Shown: positions 14,160 to 26,271 of the stretch, piece after piece
How the letters are laid out: each line of letters begins with the position of its first letter
Position numbering within the stretch: position 1 is the first letter of the stretch
Assembly (NCBI GenBank): GCA_973895155.1
Contig: OZ316893.1
Coordinates: forward strand, 19,782,857-19,846,856
Direction: 5' to 3'
DNA: 64,000 nt
Source of the DNA: Marsupella aquatica
Taxonomy: Eukaryota; Plantae; Marchantiophyta
Translations under genes and position numbers: made by a program
The notes under the pieces: generated by a model
Told to the model about the DNA's origin: nothing
The model's database searches: none
The model's input: the letters and a program-made list of their open reading frames with translations, nothing else

Positions 14160-14379
14160 CAGTTTTTAATACTTTGCCACTAAAGATGTTCTAATTCACA
14201 ATACTGCCATTGTTTTTTCTGTATTTATAAAAATGTCATGGTTTTGTATACGGATGACAAGTTTATCAGGGTTACCAGGGGAGCTATATACAAAAACACT
14301 GACATTTTTGTAAATACTAAAAAAGCAGTGGAAGTACTGTAAATTCAAACATCTTTAGTGATAATGTACTTAAAAGCTG
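14160..14379. mobile_element. Fold-back MITE, Mutator-like
   Basis: Imperfect inverted arms of ~90 bp (CAGTTTTTAATACT...CACTAAAGATGTT / AACATCTTTAGTG...AAAAGCTG), flanked by the 10-bp direct repeat TTAGTTCAAA (14150-14159, 14380-14389). Confidence 0.8.
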
Positions 14380-15399
14380 TTAGTTCAAAATGAATATAAA
14401 CTGAGGGCCCAGGTGAGAGAGGGTATAGACAAGATCAGAGCACAAACAGCCCTAGGACTAAGATTAGAGGCCATGGAAAAGCAAATATGTAGCAATTGGG
14501 AACAGTTCAAGGCTCAATGCTCAATTTCTGAAGCAGCCCAAGGCTGAAAGCACACAATGCAGCATCAATGAGCAAACCAGGGCCAAAATGGGGAGCGAGA
14601 ATGGAGCAGCAGCAATTTGGATGGGATCAGGGCATCAGTAGCCCCAGGCCAAAAGCGGGACAACCTTCATAGCTAAAATTGTTAGCCAAATTTGAGCCAA
14701 AACTAATCCACAATTGAGGCAAAAGCATAAGCCAAAATTGAGCCCACATTTAGCCAAAAATGCAAGCCAAAAGTGCAGCATTGAGCCAAGGCCAAAATAG
14801 AGAAGTGCAAGAGTTTCATTCAAGCCAAAGCAAAGTAGTGGAGGAGCTTCATTCAAGCTGCAATCCCCATGAGATCAGACACGTATGATCCAACACCGTT
14901 CCATCTTCAATCTTCGGTAAGAAAATGAGCGCAGCAGATCCAGATCATGAGACATGCTTTGAGCAGAGTCAAGAGCCCAAAATGAGTGAGCAGTATTGAG
15001 CTGAAGCAATCTGGGAGGATTGAGCATAGCATCAGCCAACCAGCCACCAAAACTGAGCCAGCAGCAAAGCTAACACAAAGTGAGAGATATTGAGTAGCGG
15101 GAGTGCGGAAACTGCCTCCACCAGGAAGAGTATTTTCTGCAGCCTCCCACACTCAAACACAGGGAGTATTAAATTATCATTTTGAAATTTAGGAAGGATG
15201 CCCGCTATCTCCCATTAGTCATGGGTGACCTCTTTAGATTCAGTCCCCTCTTTTAAGTGTCCTTTAATGTTCATTAACAGGGTATCTTTGGAGGCAAATA
15301 CATCATAGGTGAGCTTTGTTGCAATGGCTGGTGGTTTGTTGCTACTTCTTGCACTTCAGGTCATGCATAGTCATAGACACTACAACCTTATTTTGAAAA

Positions 15400-18300
15400 T
15401 TCCATTCTTCCCACTAGGGAGTTTAGAATCTTCAACTATGGATTGGACTGTGAAGCCTTGGTGTGAACTGAGGGAATTACAATTATGTAGGATTTGAAAC
15501 TGGATTCATTTGACATGGTACAACTAAGGTACAAAAGGTCACAAACTATTTTCCAAAAGGCAATTATGGATTTATAATTTTTGCTTGTGTGCGTGTTGTG
15601 GGGTATGGTAAAGGCCATATTCAATGCCAAGTCACCCCACCCTGTACCCCCTCAAGACTGTGTTTTGTGCATGACTTGCATAGCAATCCCCATATGGCTC
15701 CCAATCACAGTGGTTTACCCTCAAGATTCTGCAACTTCTAACACCAATATGGGGTTGGGGGCAGATGCAGGGTTGGGGGCAGATGCACATGAAGTAGGAC
15801 CCTAAGGAAGCCAAAAACTCTTGCAGGTTCTTCAAATCAACGTTTGCAAAAAAGGACATTAGAATAGCATGCATTAACAAACACACTTGTACTCCCTTGG
15901 GTTGTATTCTTTATGCCTGCTGGTTTCTGCCATGGGTCTTTTGGAATACATTTGGCTTATTGTTATCTTCCATTAAAAATATAATATATTCCCAGGCATA
16001 TTTCCATTCAAAATGTTTGTAACCAGAGACCATCTACCATTATACTGCTTTAGTGAAAAAACCAAAAACAATGATTGGTGTGACAGTTTGAGACCCCTTG
16101 AAAACATCTTTGACCTACTATGACCAGTAAGCAAGATATAGGGGGGTAAGCATTTAATTTGTGTTGATCAGGGGTTGTCATACTGTTGTATGTTGATGAC
16201 AATGTGAAGAGCGAATCAACCTGGGTACGTACAAAATGGTTTTCCTGCAAGCTAACAAGATATGTTAGTGCCTGAACATATCTTTTATTCCAAAGGGAAT
16301 TCTTACTATGTTGCAAGAGTTTTCTTATAAAATCATAGGTGTTATGGACCAATCTTGCAACTACTCTCTAGCCAAGGAAGCAAAGGCCTAGGAAGTTATC
16401 ATCTTTAGAAGCTGGTCTGAGGTCAGACCCCATAGCCTAGGGATGAGCACCGAGCCAGCCCAATCATAATGCTATAAGGCACATTTTGAATGGATGTCAG
16501 GGTCTCATGTTATAGCCCGTTGAAGTGGGAGACACTTGTGGCAACACACCTCACTAAACTAGACCTCATGAATTGAAGCACACCTGGACTGGTGGGTTTT
16601 GTTGCTGGCTGGTCCTGGACTGCTAGCATTGGGTCAGGATATCCATCGCCAACCGTGCGTGGACCAAGTCAAGTAGCAAAGACCATGCCTGGACTCAAAA
16701 CCATCGCACACGGACTGGAAGAATTGTTTGCGTCTGGATCGGCCCACGCATGAGTAGTGGTAACAGGGAATGCCTGGACTCCTACACCTGAGTACTTAAG
16801 AGGGCATAATTTCTAGTCCCAAAATCCATCGGAGACCATGAGACGTCACTCCGGTCAGCATTCGGGTATCTACATGCCCATTCAACCTTGTTAAGCCTTT
16901 GGGCCAAATTGTAATAGACAATAGTTGGTATGCAGGTGACAGCTCTCCGAAAGCATATCTGAGGGAAGTACTATCACATCAAAAACTTGAGATCATGTTG
17001 ACAATGCACCACACGTCAATACATAGACTAGTGAACCCGTGACTAGCTGGAAATTTCTATGTTGACAACCTAAGTGAAAGAAAGGGAAGGTTGGTTGGCC
17101 AGTTGATTGGCTTCAAATCTCAAGTCACCTTAAGGGTTTGAGACCTTAGTTTGTTGGGCCCCACAATCAATATTTGAGCAATCCCAATTCTGTAGCATGA
17201 GGACACAGTATTTGGTTATCCCTATTTTCTGCTCAACCTATGAACTTTCCACTCAACCTACCAACCAAAGTCGGCCAGCACCTGTAACTTGCCAAGCCCT
17301 CAAAAAACCAATTGACAACATATTCCATAATGTCCTCACAAGAAAACATCAGTCGACCTTAACTTGCATCCTGTGGTAGGCTCAGCAAGTGCTGCGTATG
17401 GAGAGAATTGACCCTGGTAAGCTGGACGACTATTGTCTCCTGCAACACGGTGACTAAGGCTGAAATGGTGAACCTTGCAAGAAGGCACCACACAAGAACT
17501 CAACATATGGAGTTTGGGATGGGGCCCAAATGGAGTCAAAACTGTAACAAATCAAACATTGAGGGCCATACCTTAGGTTTTCCACCAAGGGGGTCCATCA
17601 AGAATATGCCTTTCATGAGTGTTCTCTCTTTGAAGGTGACAAACAAATTACACTCTAATCATCTTGGTTCTTTGCCTTATCATGACTTTGTTAAATTGCT
17701 TGCAAATAAACAATTATGGTCAATTCAGAGGGAGCTTGGGGGCTCAAGGTGGAGCTGATGAGCTGGTGCTTCCATATACAGTATGCTCATTTTGAATTAC
17801 TGTAGAATCACCTAGTGCTGATTTTCTTGCTTCTTGAGAATTAGAGCATGGAATAGCTAGTAGTGCAGACTTAAATCTTAGGTTTGACATAGACTAAATG
17901 GAAGGAAATTTTGAAGATTTGGACACAAAAGCAAAGATATTAAATGTGAAGACAACCTAGCAGTGTTGGCAGCTTGTAGTCCTAGTGTCAAGGACAAGTG
18001 CTCATTTCCCTTACTGGAAAAATTGACTATGAACTAAGAAGAAACAGAAACCCTCAGACAAATTCTGCTAAGTGTGTAAATATGTTGATCATTTGCAGAT
18101 GATTATGACACTCCGGTTAGGGGTCTGTATGGGTTGTTGCTTTGGGCCAAGAACATTCCATTTGGATTTTTCATTATGGTAAACACTCCTGAAATGAGTG
18201 GGAACTTGGTTTCCAAGTTTAGTAGGGTGGCCGTTCAAATTGATTACTGAGCTCGGGGGTTGCTTTTGCAAAAGTTGATCACATGCAACAACATATAGGC

Positions 18301-19050
18301 CTATTCAAATGGATGAAGCTAAAGACTTCCAATGATTTGTGGAAGAGCAAGTCTATGGTATATTTTATTCATCGGTCTACTTCAAAGAACAATGGGCCCT
18401 ATTTAAACGTGAGAAACACTTTCTTGAAGTGTTTTGAGGGGTGATCATATAAAAACAGTGGCATTAATGGAAAGGAAGGGTGAGGCAAAACAACAAACTG
18501 CTTAATATAAGATAGGGGATCAACCCAAAAACTGTTTCATGTCATGTATGCTAGGCTGGATTGTGAATTTGATTCCCTTCAAGATTATCAACCAATCTAG
18601 CTTCCCCATTATGTAGTAATGCATTCATCTCCCCGACAAAGCTTACCCCTCAAGGACTGTCTTTAGGAAAGCTCTAGGCTCCCTATCACTCAAAGAAAAC
18701 ATTGAGTAGTCAACAGGACCTTGGCAGACCAAGGCTTGAGTAAATGTTGGATGCCACACTAAAGCTAAAATCAGCTCCTCCTTCCACCTCTTCAATTCAA
18801 TGCAAACGCCCACACTAAGGCTACAAGAAGTTGCTCCTTTTGCCTCATTAAGTCAGGGCAGTTTCCCATCACCAAGCACAAAAGAAATCCTCCAAAGTCC
18901 CCACCGTCAATGTGTCTTCACACACCTGTCCACAAGCGGGTCCACAAGGAAGCTCAGGAAACGCATCTTCTGTTTTGTGATCAGAAATTCTCCAGCACCT
19001 AGAAAAAGAAGTTCAAATGTAAACAGAAGCTCCCAAGTTTCATGGCTAGC
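15400..19050 (-). mobile_element. Possible highly decayed L1-like non-LTR retrotransposon
   Basis: Only short motif remnants on the minus strand, in plausible order: GGDF-like (~18890), PICCC resembling RPISCC (~18290), Cys/His-containing tail (~16100). Boundaries approximate. Confidence 0.3.
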
Positions 19051-19981
19051 CTAACCAAGTAATGACTACAGTTAACATAACTAAGGTTATAGCTCCTTTT
19101 GTTTTTTAATAAATATTTTAGTAACCTCTGGACCTATGAATAAATTCCTAACTATTTTCCCCCACCCCTCTAAAAAGAAAAGAAAACAATATGAAACACC
19201 AAAATAGAAATCACCCAATTGCACAAGGGACAACACATTGCTCGTTGAGGATCTCTCTATATGGGTCCCCCAATCACCTCCTGGTCCAACATTTCAAGTT
19301 TATACCCCTATTGTAATTATTAAGTGAAAAGCTTCCTTTCCCTTATAAACTTCCAAAATCCAATGTGTCGGACCCTTGTAGCACACTGCCCCCTTTGCAA
19401 AGGAATCCTTTGCCTGATAATCTTTGTCTCTAGATGTGCGGCAGGTCCACTAGCTCTACTATTTAAATAAAGAGTTGTGATTCAATTCTCTGTATAATAA
19501 CTGGTTGTGTGTGATTATTGTAAGGTCCATAATGGACTTTTATCTCTTTTGCGATGAGGATAATTGAGTAATTCAGGGTTAATATTTTAGTGCCATTTGA
19601 CTTCGTGCAATTATTCTAAAAGTCTCCAAAAACAAATCTTAGTGTAAGTATGATGCTTTTGAGCCAACAAGAAAATAAATCAACGGGCTTGGAGTGAATC
19701 CATGAAAACAGTAGAAAAACATGATTTCAATTAAAAGTGAATAGTTAACAAATGAAAGGGCAATGAGTGGAAACCTCAGTAAATAAGTTTTTTTATTGAA
19801 AAGGAGGAAAGAATGATCTCTATTTAAAAATATTCTTCTCTTGCATTGATAACAGAACATTAGCAATCTACAAAGATTACAAAAATATTTCTCTTGCATT
19901 GAACCTATGTGTAAAGCTTTTTTAACCCTGGATAATAATACTTCAAGTGGAAAACAAGACTTTTAAAAGGACTCATCAAAT

Positions 19982-20116
19982 GTCCATAGAGACATGACTT
20001 TGTGGTAGTTCACTTGAGTAAAGACTGATAGATCTTGGGTTCAACTATTGTAGTTGACTCTCCCCTTTTTGTGGGGTTTCACAGATTTTTTTTTAATTTT
20101 TTAATAAAAAAAAACA
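19982..20116 (+). mobile_element. Short SINE-like element, copy 1
   Basis: Pol III A/B-box-like motifs (TGGTAGTTCACTTGAG, GGGTTCAACT), T/A-rich tail, 12-bp flanking direct repeat GACTCATCAAAT (19970-19981, 20117-20128). Homologous to 39113-39242 on the minus strand. Confidence 0.65.
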
Positions 20117-22136
20117 GACTCATCAAATAAAGCTTGAGTTTACTTAAAGGTTTATTGATAATTCAACTTTCTTCTGCATAGCTTGGGCCAGGGGCCCCCA
20201 CAAAATATGCAATTAAGTGGTCCTTGTCACATTCCACTCTACCTAAGATAACCATGGAGGGAAGTCTGTGAATTGTTGGAAGAAGTGCTATTTTGATGTT
20301 TCTATCAAAATATAATTTGTGCACAAAGATCCCCAAAACAGATTTATGAGGAATGAAGACTGGAAAGAAAACGCAAATGCGCTTTGAGCCAATGCAAAAA
20401 CATTTGATTCTTTGCTCACTTCAAGTGTGTGAATTCAAATGGCAGTACGGTAGTTTATTTCCTTTGTCAAACATGACCACCACAACAAAATTGGTAGGCA
20501 TGCAGTTGGACTCATTAATTGATAACAAAACCTGTTCATCTATGCAACATTATCACACAACCTCTTTGGGTGGGGCAAATGTTAGCCAAAGTGAACCCTT
20601 CTGGAAGACAAGACAGATGTTGTTTTTACATGACTCTTGGCAAAGGTTTCCTTGACTTTACAATCATAGAACCTGTTTTGGACTGGGAAATGGCCAAAAG
20701 TGGACCTTTCTGGGAGACAACATATGACACATAGAACAACTTTGGAAACCTCATATAACCCTGGGGAAATACCTCTAATGACCTGTCTCATGTAGCATAT
20801 GACATTTTGTCTTGCATAAGACATTGACCATATTACTTTGGATTTCAATTTCCAAGTGACATCTCAGGTTGGGCCAGCCCTGACTTTCAGTGGATTAGCG
20901 TCACTGCCGTGACAGTTCACCACTGTACTCAGTTCATTTTCTACAATGGAGGGCTGCACCTTATAAGACCTTCTACAAGAACACCTAACACCAAAATGTT
21001 AGAGGGGGTTCAAACTGTAATAAATGAAACATTGAGGGCATCACAGGGAAGTGCACACCTAGAGGGTCCATCAAGCATATATCTCGCACCAATACAATTC
21101 TTAGTGAATGTTGTTGTACCAAGTTGTTTGTACTGCTTTAAACTTAGCCTAACCTAACCAAACCAAACCTATCACCTGCCTGGGTACGTTTATTCCTTAC
21201 CTTGTTCTATTTTTATGCTGTCATTGAAGGAGTGATGCTTAACTTGGGTTGCACTCAGGTTGACAGACCTTGGACCAGCTTATGAGTTAGGACCACATAC
21301 TAGACTCTAATATTAGGGTGGCTTTACAAGACTGGGAGCATGGGGGAATATTTGTATTTTTTTTCCACCAAAGCAAACTAGAGGGCCACTTGTTGTTCAA
21401 TATATAGACTCCATACCGTGCTCCATACCAAAAATTGATTGAATGATGTTCAATAAATATAAATCCCTTGAATGAAGGAGCCACAGTAGAGATGTTTGTA
21501 CCACCTATGGAGTTGGTCTAAAGCTCTAGACAGCATAAGTACTCCACATAAACATTTCCTTGGGCCCATTGCTTGAAATGTGAAAGTAGACACATACCAA
21601 AATGGGCCCCAAAGTTCTTGTATAGCCAACTGCAACCGTTTCCTCTTGCTCTACCATCCAGGTTTAATCTCAAAGGGAATTAAAAAAAGCAGTGGCCCCC
21701 AAGGTCGTGAAAAGCCACCCTTAAGCCAAACATGTCAATGGTGTGCTTTGCATTAAAGTTAACCGTAACTTACTATTAAAATTTGTTACAATTGGGAGTA
21801 TCAAAGCTTCATCGATGGCCTTTTGGCCATAAAGAAATGGCAGTAAAAATGTCACAGGGCTGTGTAATGTTTGTAGTATTTTCACTATTCTCTATATTGA
21901 CTCAGGGTTTTCCATTTGCTATGGAAAAAAGGTATTGATAATGAATTCTGATTGCCATAGAAAAAGAACAGCCCCTAATACCTGCAAGTGGCTAATTGGC
22001 ATGGCATAAACTGACATTGATTTTAGTGGCAAAATTAGCTGGATTACACCTCTCTCAAATCATGGCCACTTTTGGCAAAAATTCACTCGGTTGTGTGTTT
22101 TTAATTCGCGAGTTTCCCACTAGCCATAGACCAAAT

Positions 22137-23710
22137 TGGCCAGAATCTACCATTGTCCAGAAATCTAGAGAGATCTGACGGTCATAAGTAATCTAGTAAA
22201 ACTAGGTGAACAAGATTCGTAGCATCTCAGTGGCTTAGCTTTCCTGGCGAAGAAGGGACAAAACCTTAAAAAGCTAAGCTACCATAATGGCAGAATCTAG
22301 CCGCTATCCGTATATCTAGGGAAATCTGACGGTCAAAAATTTAATTATGAAAACTAGGTACGAAGTACTCGTAGCATCTTCTCTCGTCACGAGGGGCCAT
22401 TCGCCACCCCATGAAAAATAAAAGATCTACGGTCACGTTCGTTTCCTCCACAGGTGACATTCCCCACACTGGCGAAAAAAGAAAAGAAAAACCTTAAAAG
22501 ATTACGCTGCCATGAACGTACTAGCTTCGTTTCCCTTGTTCTTGTTCCGTGACTACGGGGGAAAAGTCGCTCCCTCTTGAATGAAGTACAGTCACAGTAG
22601 GCGCGTCCGATCTTTCCTCCCACGCTGCCCTCACTTGCGACCCGGGTCAAGCGATCCGCCATCCACCGGCTCTACCGGCTCCACTGGTCCGGTTTCTCAC
22701 GCCCCACCAGTCAGTCTGTCCGGGCCGGTTGTCGAGGCTCGACCCGCCCTGTACGGAGTTCAGTCCCTCCCTCGGATAGTCGGATCGCTGGAGATCGGTC
22801 ATTCGGTCGCTCTGCTAGTCAGCTGGCACGGTGTGTGGCCCTGCCCAGCCCAAGAGCTCTGCCATCCAGGTTCGCGCCGCGCAATGTTAATTTTGTTTTT
22901 ATTGCGCGAATTATATTTTGAAAGAAATGCATACCTTGAAAAGTCAGTGTTTACTTCAAGATGCTTCGAGTCTTCTTAACATTTTGGTCATTGAATTCTT
23001 CTGAGGTTCACTCTCAAATACTTTGTCAGTGAGAGAAGTCCAGACGGATTTCTATGTTTACCAAAATGCTTGGATACACTGTTGCAACCTGGATGGATGG
23101 TAGCAAAACCCACTTTCCTGCTCATATATGTATACCACACACACAGTGAAATGTGGCAAGAAAAGGAGAGTCATCTTTGGAATTTTGGAGGTCTCAGAGA
23201 TAGTGATCTCAAAGTTAGCCCTTCAAAAACTTGAAGCCCTGTGGACATTGAGTGATAGTGATCTTTTGAAATTTATAAGTCTATCATTATTCATGAATAG
23301 TAGAGATCCTAGACTTGTTGGAAAGATCTTTCCAAGTCACCACTAACAGCCTAATTTTAATAGTTACTTGTTTATTCTGCAAACTAGTATTACTCTTCTG
23401 TAAGTCACCAGCGTTTTTTTAGTTCCTAAATTTAGCCAAACCTGGGCCATTTTTGGAAGTATCTTAAAGATAGCCAGATGCCACCTTACCTAAATGTCTT
23501 TGCCATTTCTGGCAAATAACTTGGCCAGCTTTTGTGTATTCCAGTAGCCAGAGTCTAAAGTTTATCCATAAATCTAGCAAGATATAACGGCCAAAAAAAA
23601 ATATTATACAGCAGTAAACCGAGATAAGGTGAAAAGTCTATGCATGTTCCGGTTCACAAAAGGTGACTTTCGCCACCCTGGCGAAAAAGAGAAAAGCTTA
23701 AAAATTACCT
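22137..23710 (+). repeat. Diverged repeated modules upstream of the TIFY gene
   Basis: AATCTAG...ATCTGACGGTCA-like units at ~22160, ~22315, ~23570 and CTGGCGAA(A/G)AA...CTTAAAA units at ~22244, ~22469, ~23678. Confidence 0.5.
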
Positions 23711-23861
23711 TGTACGTTACCCACTACGGCACTGCTACGGCCTGCTCACTGCCTGGCTGCTGCCTGGCCCCTCCTCTTCCCGACCGCTCTCTCGCCGACC
23801 ACACGACAGGCGAGTCTGTTGGCGCCCACCGATGTGTGCCTCGGCCCCCTTCTTCCGTCCG

Positions 23862-23951
23862 TCCTTCCTTCCTTCCTTCCTTCTTTACTTCCTTCCTTCC
23901 TTCCTTCTTTACTTCCTTCCTTCCTTACTTCCTTCCTTCCTTCCTACCTTC
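23862..23951 (+). repeat. Imperfect (TTCC)n microsatellite
   Basis: Directly visible. Confidence 0.9.
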
Positions 23952-26271
23952 GTCCCTCCTTCGCGACCGCAGTGAAGTATGTACTACTGTGGTCAAGTTG
24001 GTCGCCTGTTGTTTCGTCACAGCTCTGACCTGGTTGAGGCTGCTTCCCTCCTCCCTTCCTGATCGCAGTGACTCACGACTACTGTAGTAGTAGTCATTAA
24101 AAGGTGCTCCTCCCATGTTCCGGTTCGTCACCTCTCGCACCCACTTCCGCGCTGCTTCGGCTCAGCTGCTTCCGCCCTTCCTTCCTTGCTTCTTCGAAGA
24201 ATCGTCTCACCACCACCAAGCCAGCGGGGTCTTCGCCCGTTCTTTCCCATTTCGTGCAGTCGTGGATTGCGAGGTGGGCTGATTGATGGATGGGATGGAT
24301 GGAGGGAGCCCGGGGGAGGGAGGGAGGAAGGCGGGGGAGGGATTGATTGATTGATTCCAGAGTCCAGACTGCAATTCCGCTTTGTGCGGTGGATTGATTT
24401 GCGGCAGGAGGTGGGGCGGCGGGCAGGCCTACGTATGACTGTGCGCCGGAGCGGAGAGCATCGAGCGAGGGAGCAGGCAAGGACGGGGAAGTTGATGAGC
24501 ATGATGCGGTCGTAGCGGAAAGTGTGGGAATATCTGCGTACTTGTACTTGTCCGGAGTTGCATTTGATGTGCTTGCGCTCTTGGGTTTCCTTCCGTGATG
24601 CGGAGCAGAAGCAGCAGGAGCAGTAGCTGGAGGTTGTGATTATTGTGTGGAGACTTGGGAGCTGGGAGTTATTAGTCAGCGAAAGTGATTGCAGTGGTTG
24701 CTGTGGTGTGGAGAGCGAAGCGGTTGTTGTGAAGACAGTGGAGCGTGGATTGATTTTGGGAGGGATCAAGCGACTGCGCCGACGAACGGACTGGCCGTAA
24801 CGCGGGGTGTGAGATACTACAGAAAGGACGATGACTTCAGGATCGCGTTTTGCTCGAACGACCACGTCCTCGGAGCCTCGAGCATAGTTGTGGTCGTCCT
24901 TCGTCCTCGGATGATCTGACCGTAGCCCCGTCGTATCTTTGTTGTTACGGATCTTTTTCGGGAGTTTTAGGAGCAGTAGGGTTGTTCTTTTAGCTCCGGC
25001 TGCGGCTGTGATTCGGACACTGACACAAGGAACTGTAGAATTCACCACTGGTCCGCTTCAGCAGTGATCTTGCCAGTTTTGGCATTGGCCTCTTCGGGTG
25101 GAACACACGGGATTTCGATATCTCTGGAGGGTGTATTTTCCGTGATTACGGTGGAAAGGAGCGATATGAGGTCGCACCCGGGAGGAATTAGGCGACGTAT
25201 CGGTTGAGATACCATACAAGACAACGAACAGAAGATTTGGAGATTTGAGGACGGTGAGTTCTTCTCATGGACATTCTAGGAAATTTACCGTTTGTCCCCA
25301 GATCTCCGTACTGCAGATGGAGTTGCACTGTTTACTCTCCAGCCTGCTTCATTTCGTCTACACATTTATTGAATGAGCAGATGTTTGCGTTAATTTCCGC
25401 ACCAGGTTGTCCTCATGTTTGGGTCATCGGAGTTCTTGTGCTCTCAGCTGCTTTAGATTGAAGTGTACGGTGGTTGAAGTCAAACTTTGGAAACCACGCG
25501 GGTAGTGTTAGCTCAGTGACACACCCGTTTCAACCCATGTCTCGTGGGAACAGCAGTGTACCACCGTGTTGCACCTGCTTTCTGTTTCTAGTTGCCTCGC
25601 TGTGCCGTGGAAGGTGAAGTTTTCAGCCAAGAGATAGTTTGGTTCTCGTGCTTTCATGACGATTGTCATTGCACCTCGTTTCTCGTCTACTCCACTTCAC
25701 TTCAGCCCTGTTTCGACTGAATGACACGGACGGGTTCCTGAGTAGGTCTTGGAGGCGGAGAATTTGATTGTCTGATAGCTACGTAACGCTCGCCACCTAT
25801 CGCGAGAACAGTGAATAGGAAGGTGATATTAGATAATTCGGTCAAGTATTCACTACGATTCGTTGGAGTGTCAGTTGGGGTCGTTTCCTTCTACTTGTGT
25901 ACGTCAACCCTCTCTCGTTGGAACATTGTCCTGTGACTCTGCAAGCAATGCTACTTCCCTCGAATCCCAGCTACACGTGTTCTTGGTCAGAGTAGCTAGT
26001 ATTCAACCCTCTCGACCGGGCGATGGCCTGAGGTAAGTTCTGGTCGCCTCAGTGAATTCTCTCGGGCAACGTGTCCGTTCTGAGGATCCAATGAACTCAG
26101 TGACCGAGTCTTCATGGTTTGCTATCATGTTGTGCCAGATGCTTCAATTAGTTACGCACCCAGGCATGGGCTTGACGGTTGATAGACTTTTTACCTTCAC
26201 TGCTCAGGGTCAAGCAAGGTCGAGGTTGGTGCTAGCGGCGGTGAGGTTCATATGATGCTGAATACGACGAC

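Noticed and set aside
22810-22880. Pol III-like boxes (TAGTCAGCTGG ... GGTTCGCGCC)
   Set aside because: B box is imperfect and no tRNA fold is evident.
24128-25048. 306-aa minus-strand ORF and neighbouring ORFs
   Set aside because: Non-ATG start, low complexity, antisense to the GC-rich TIFY8 leader; no domain recognised.
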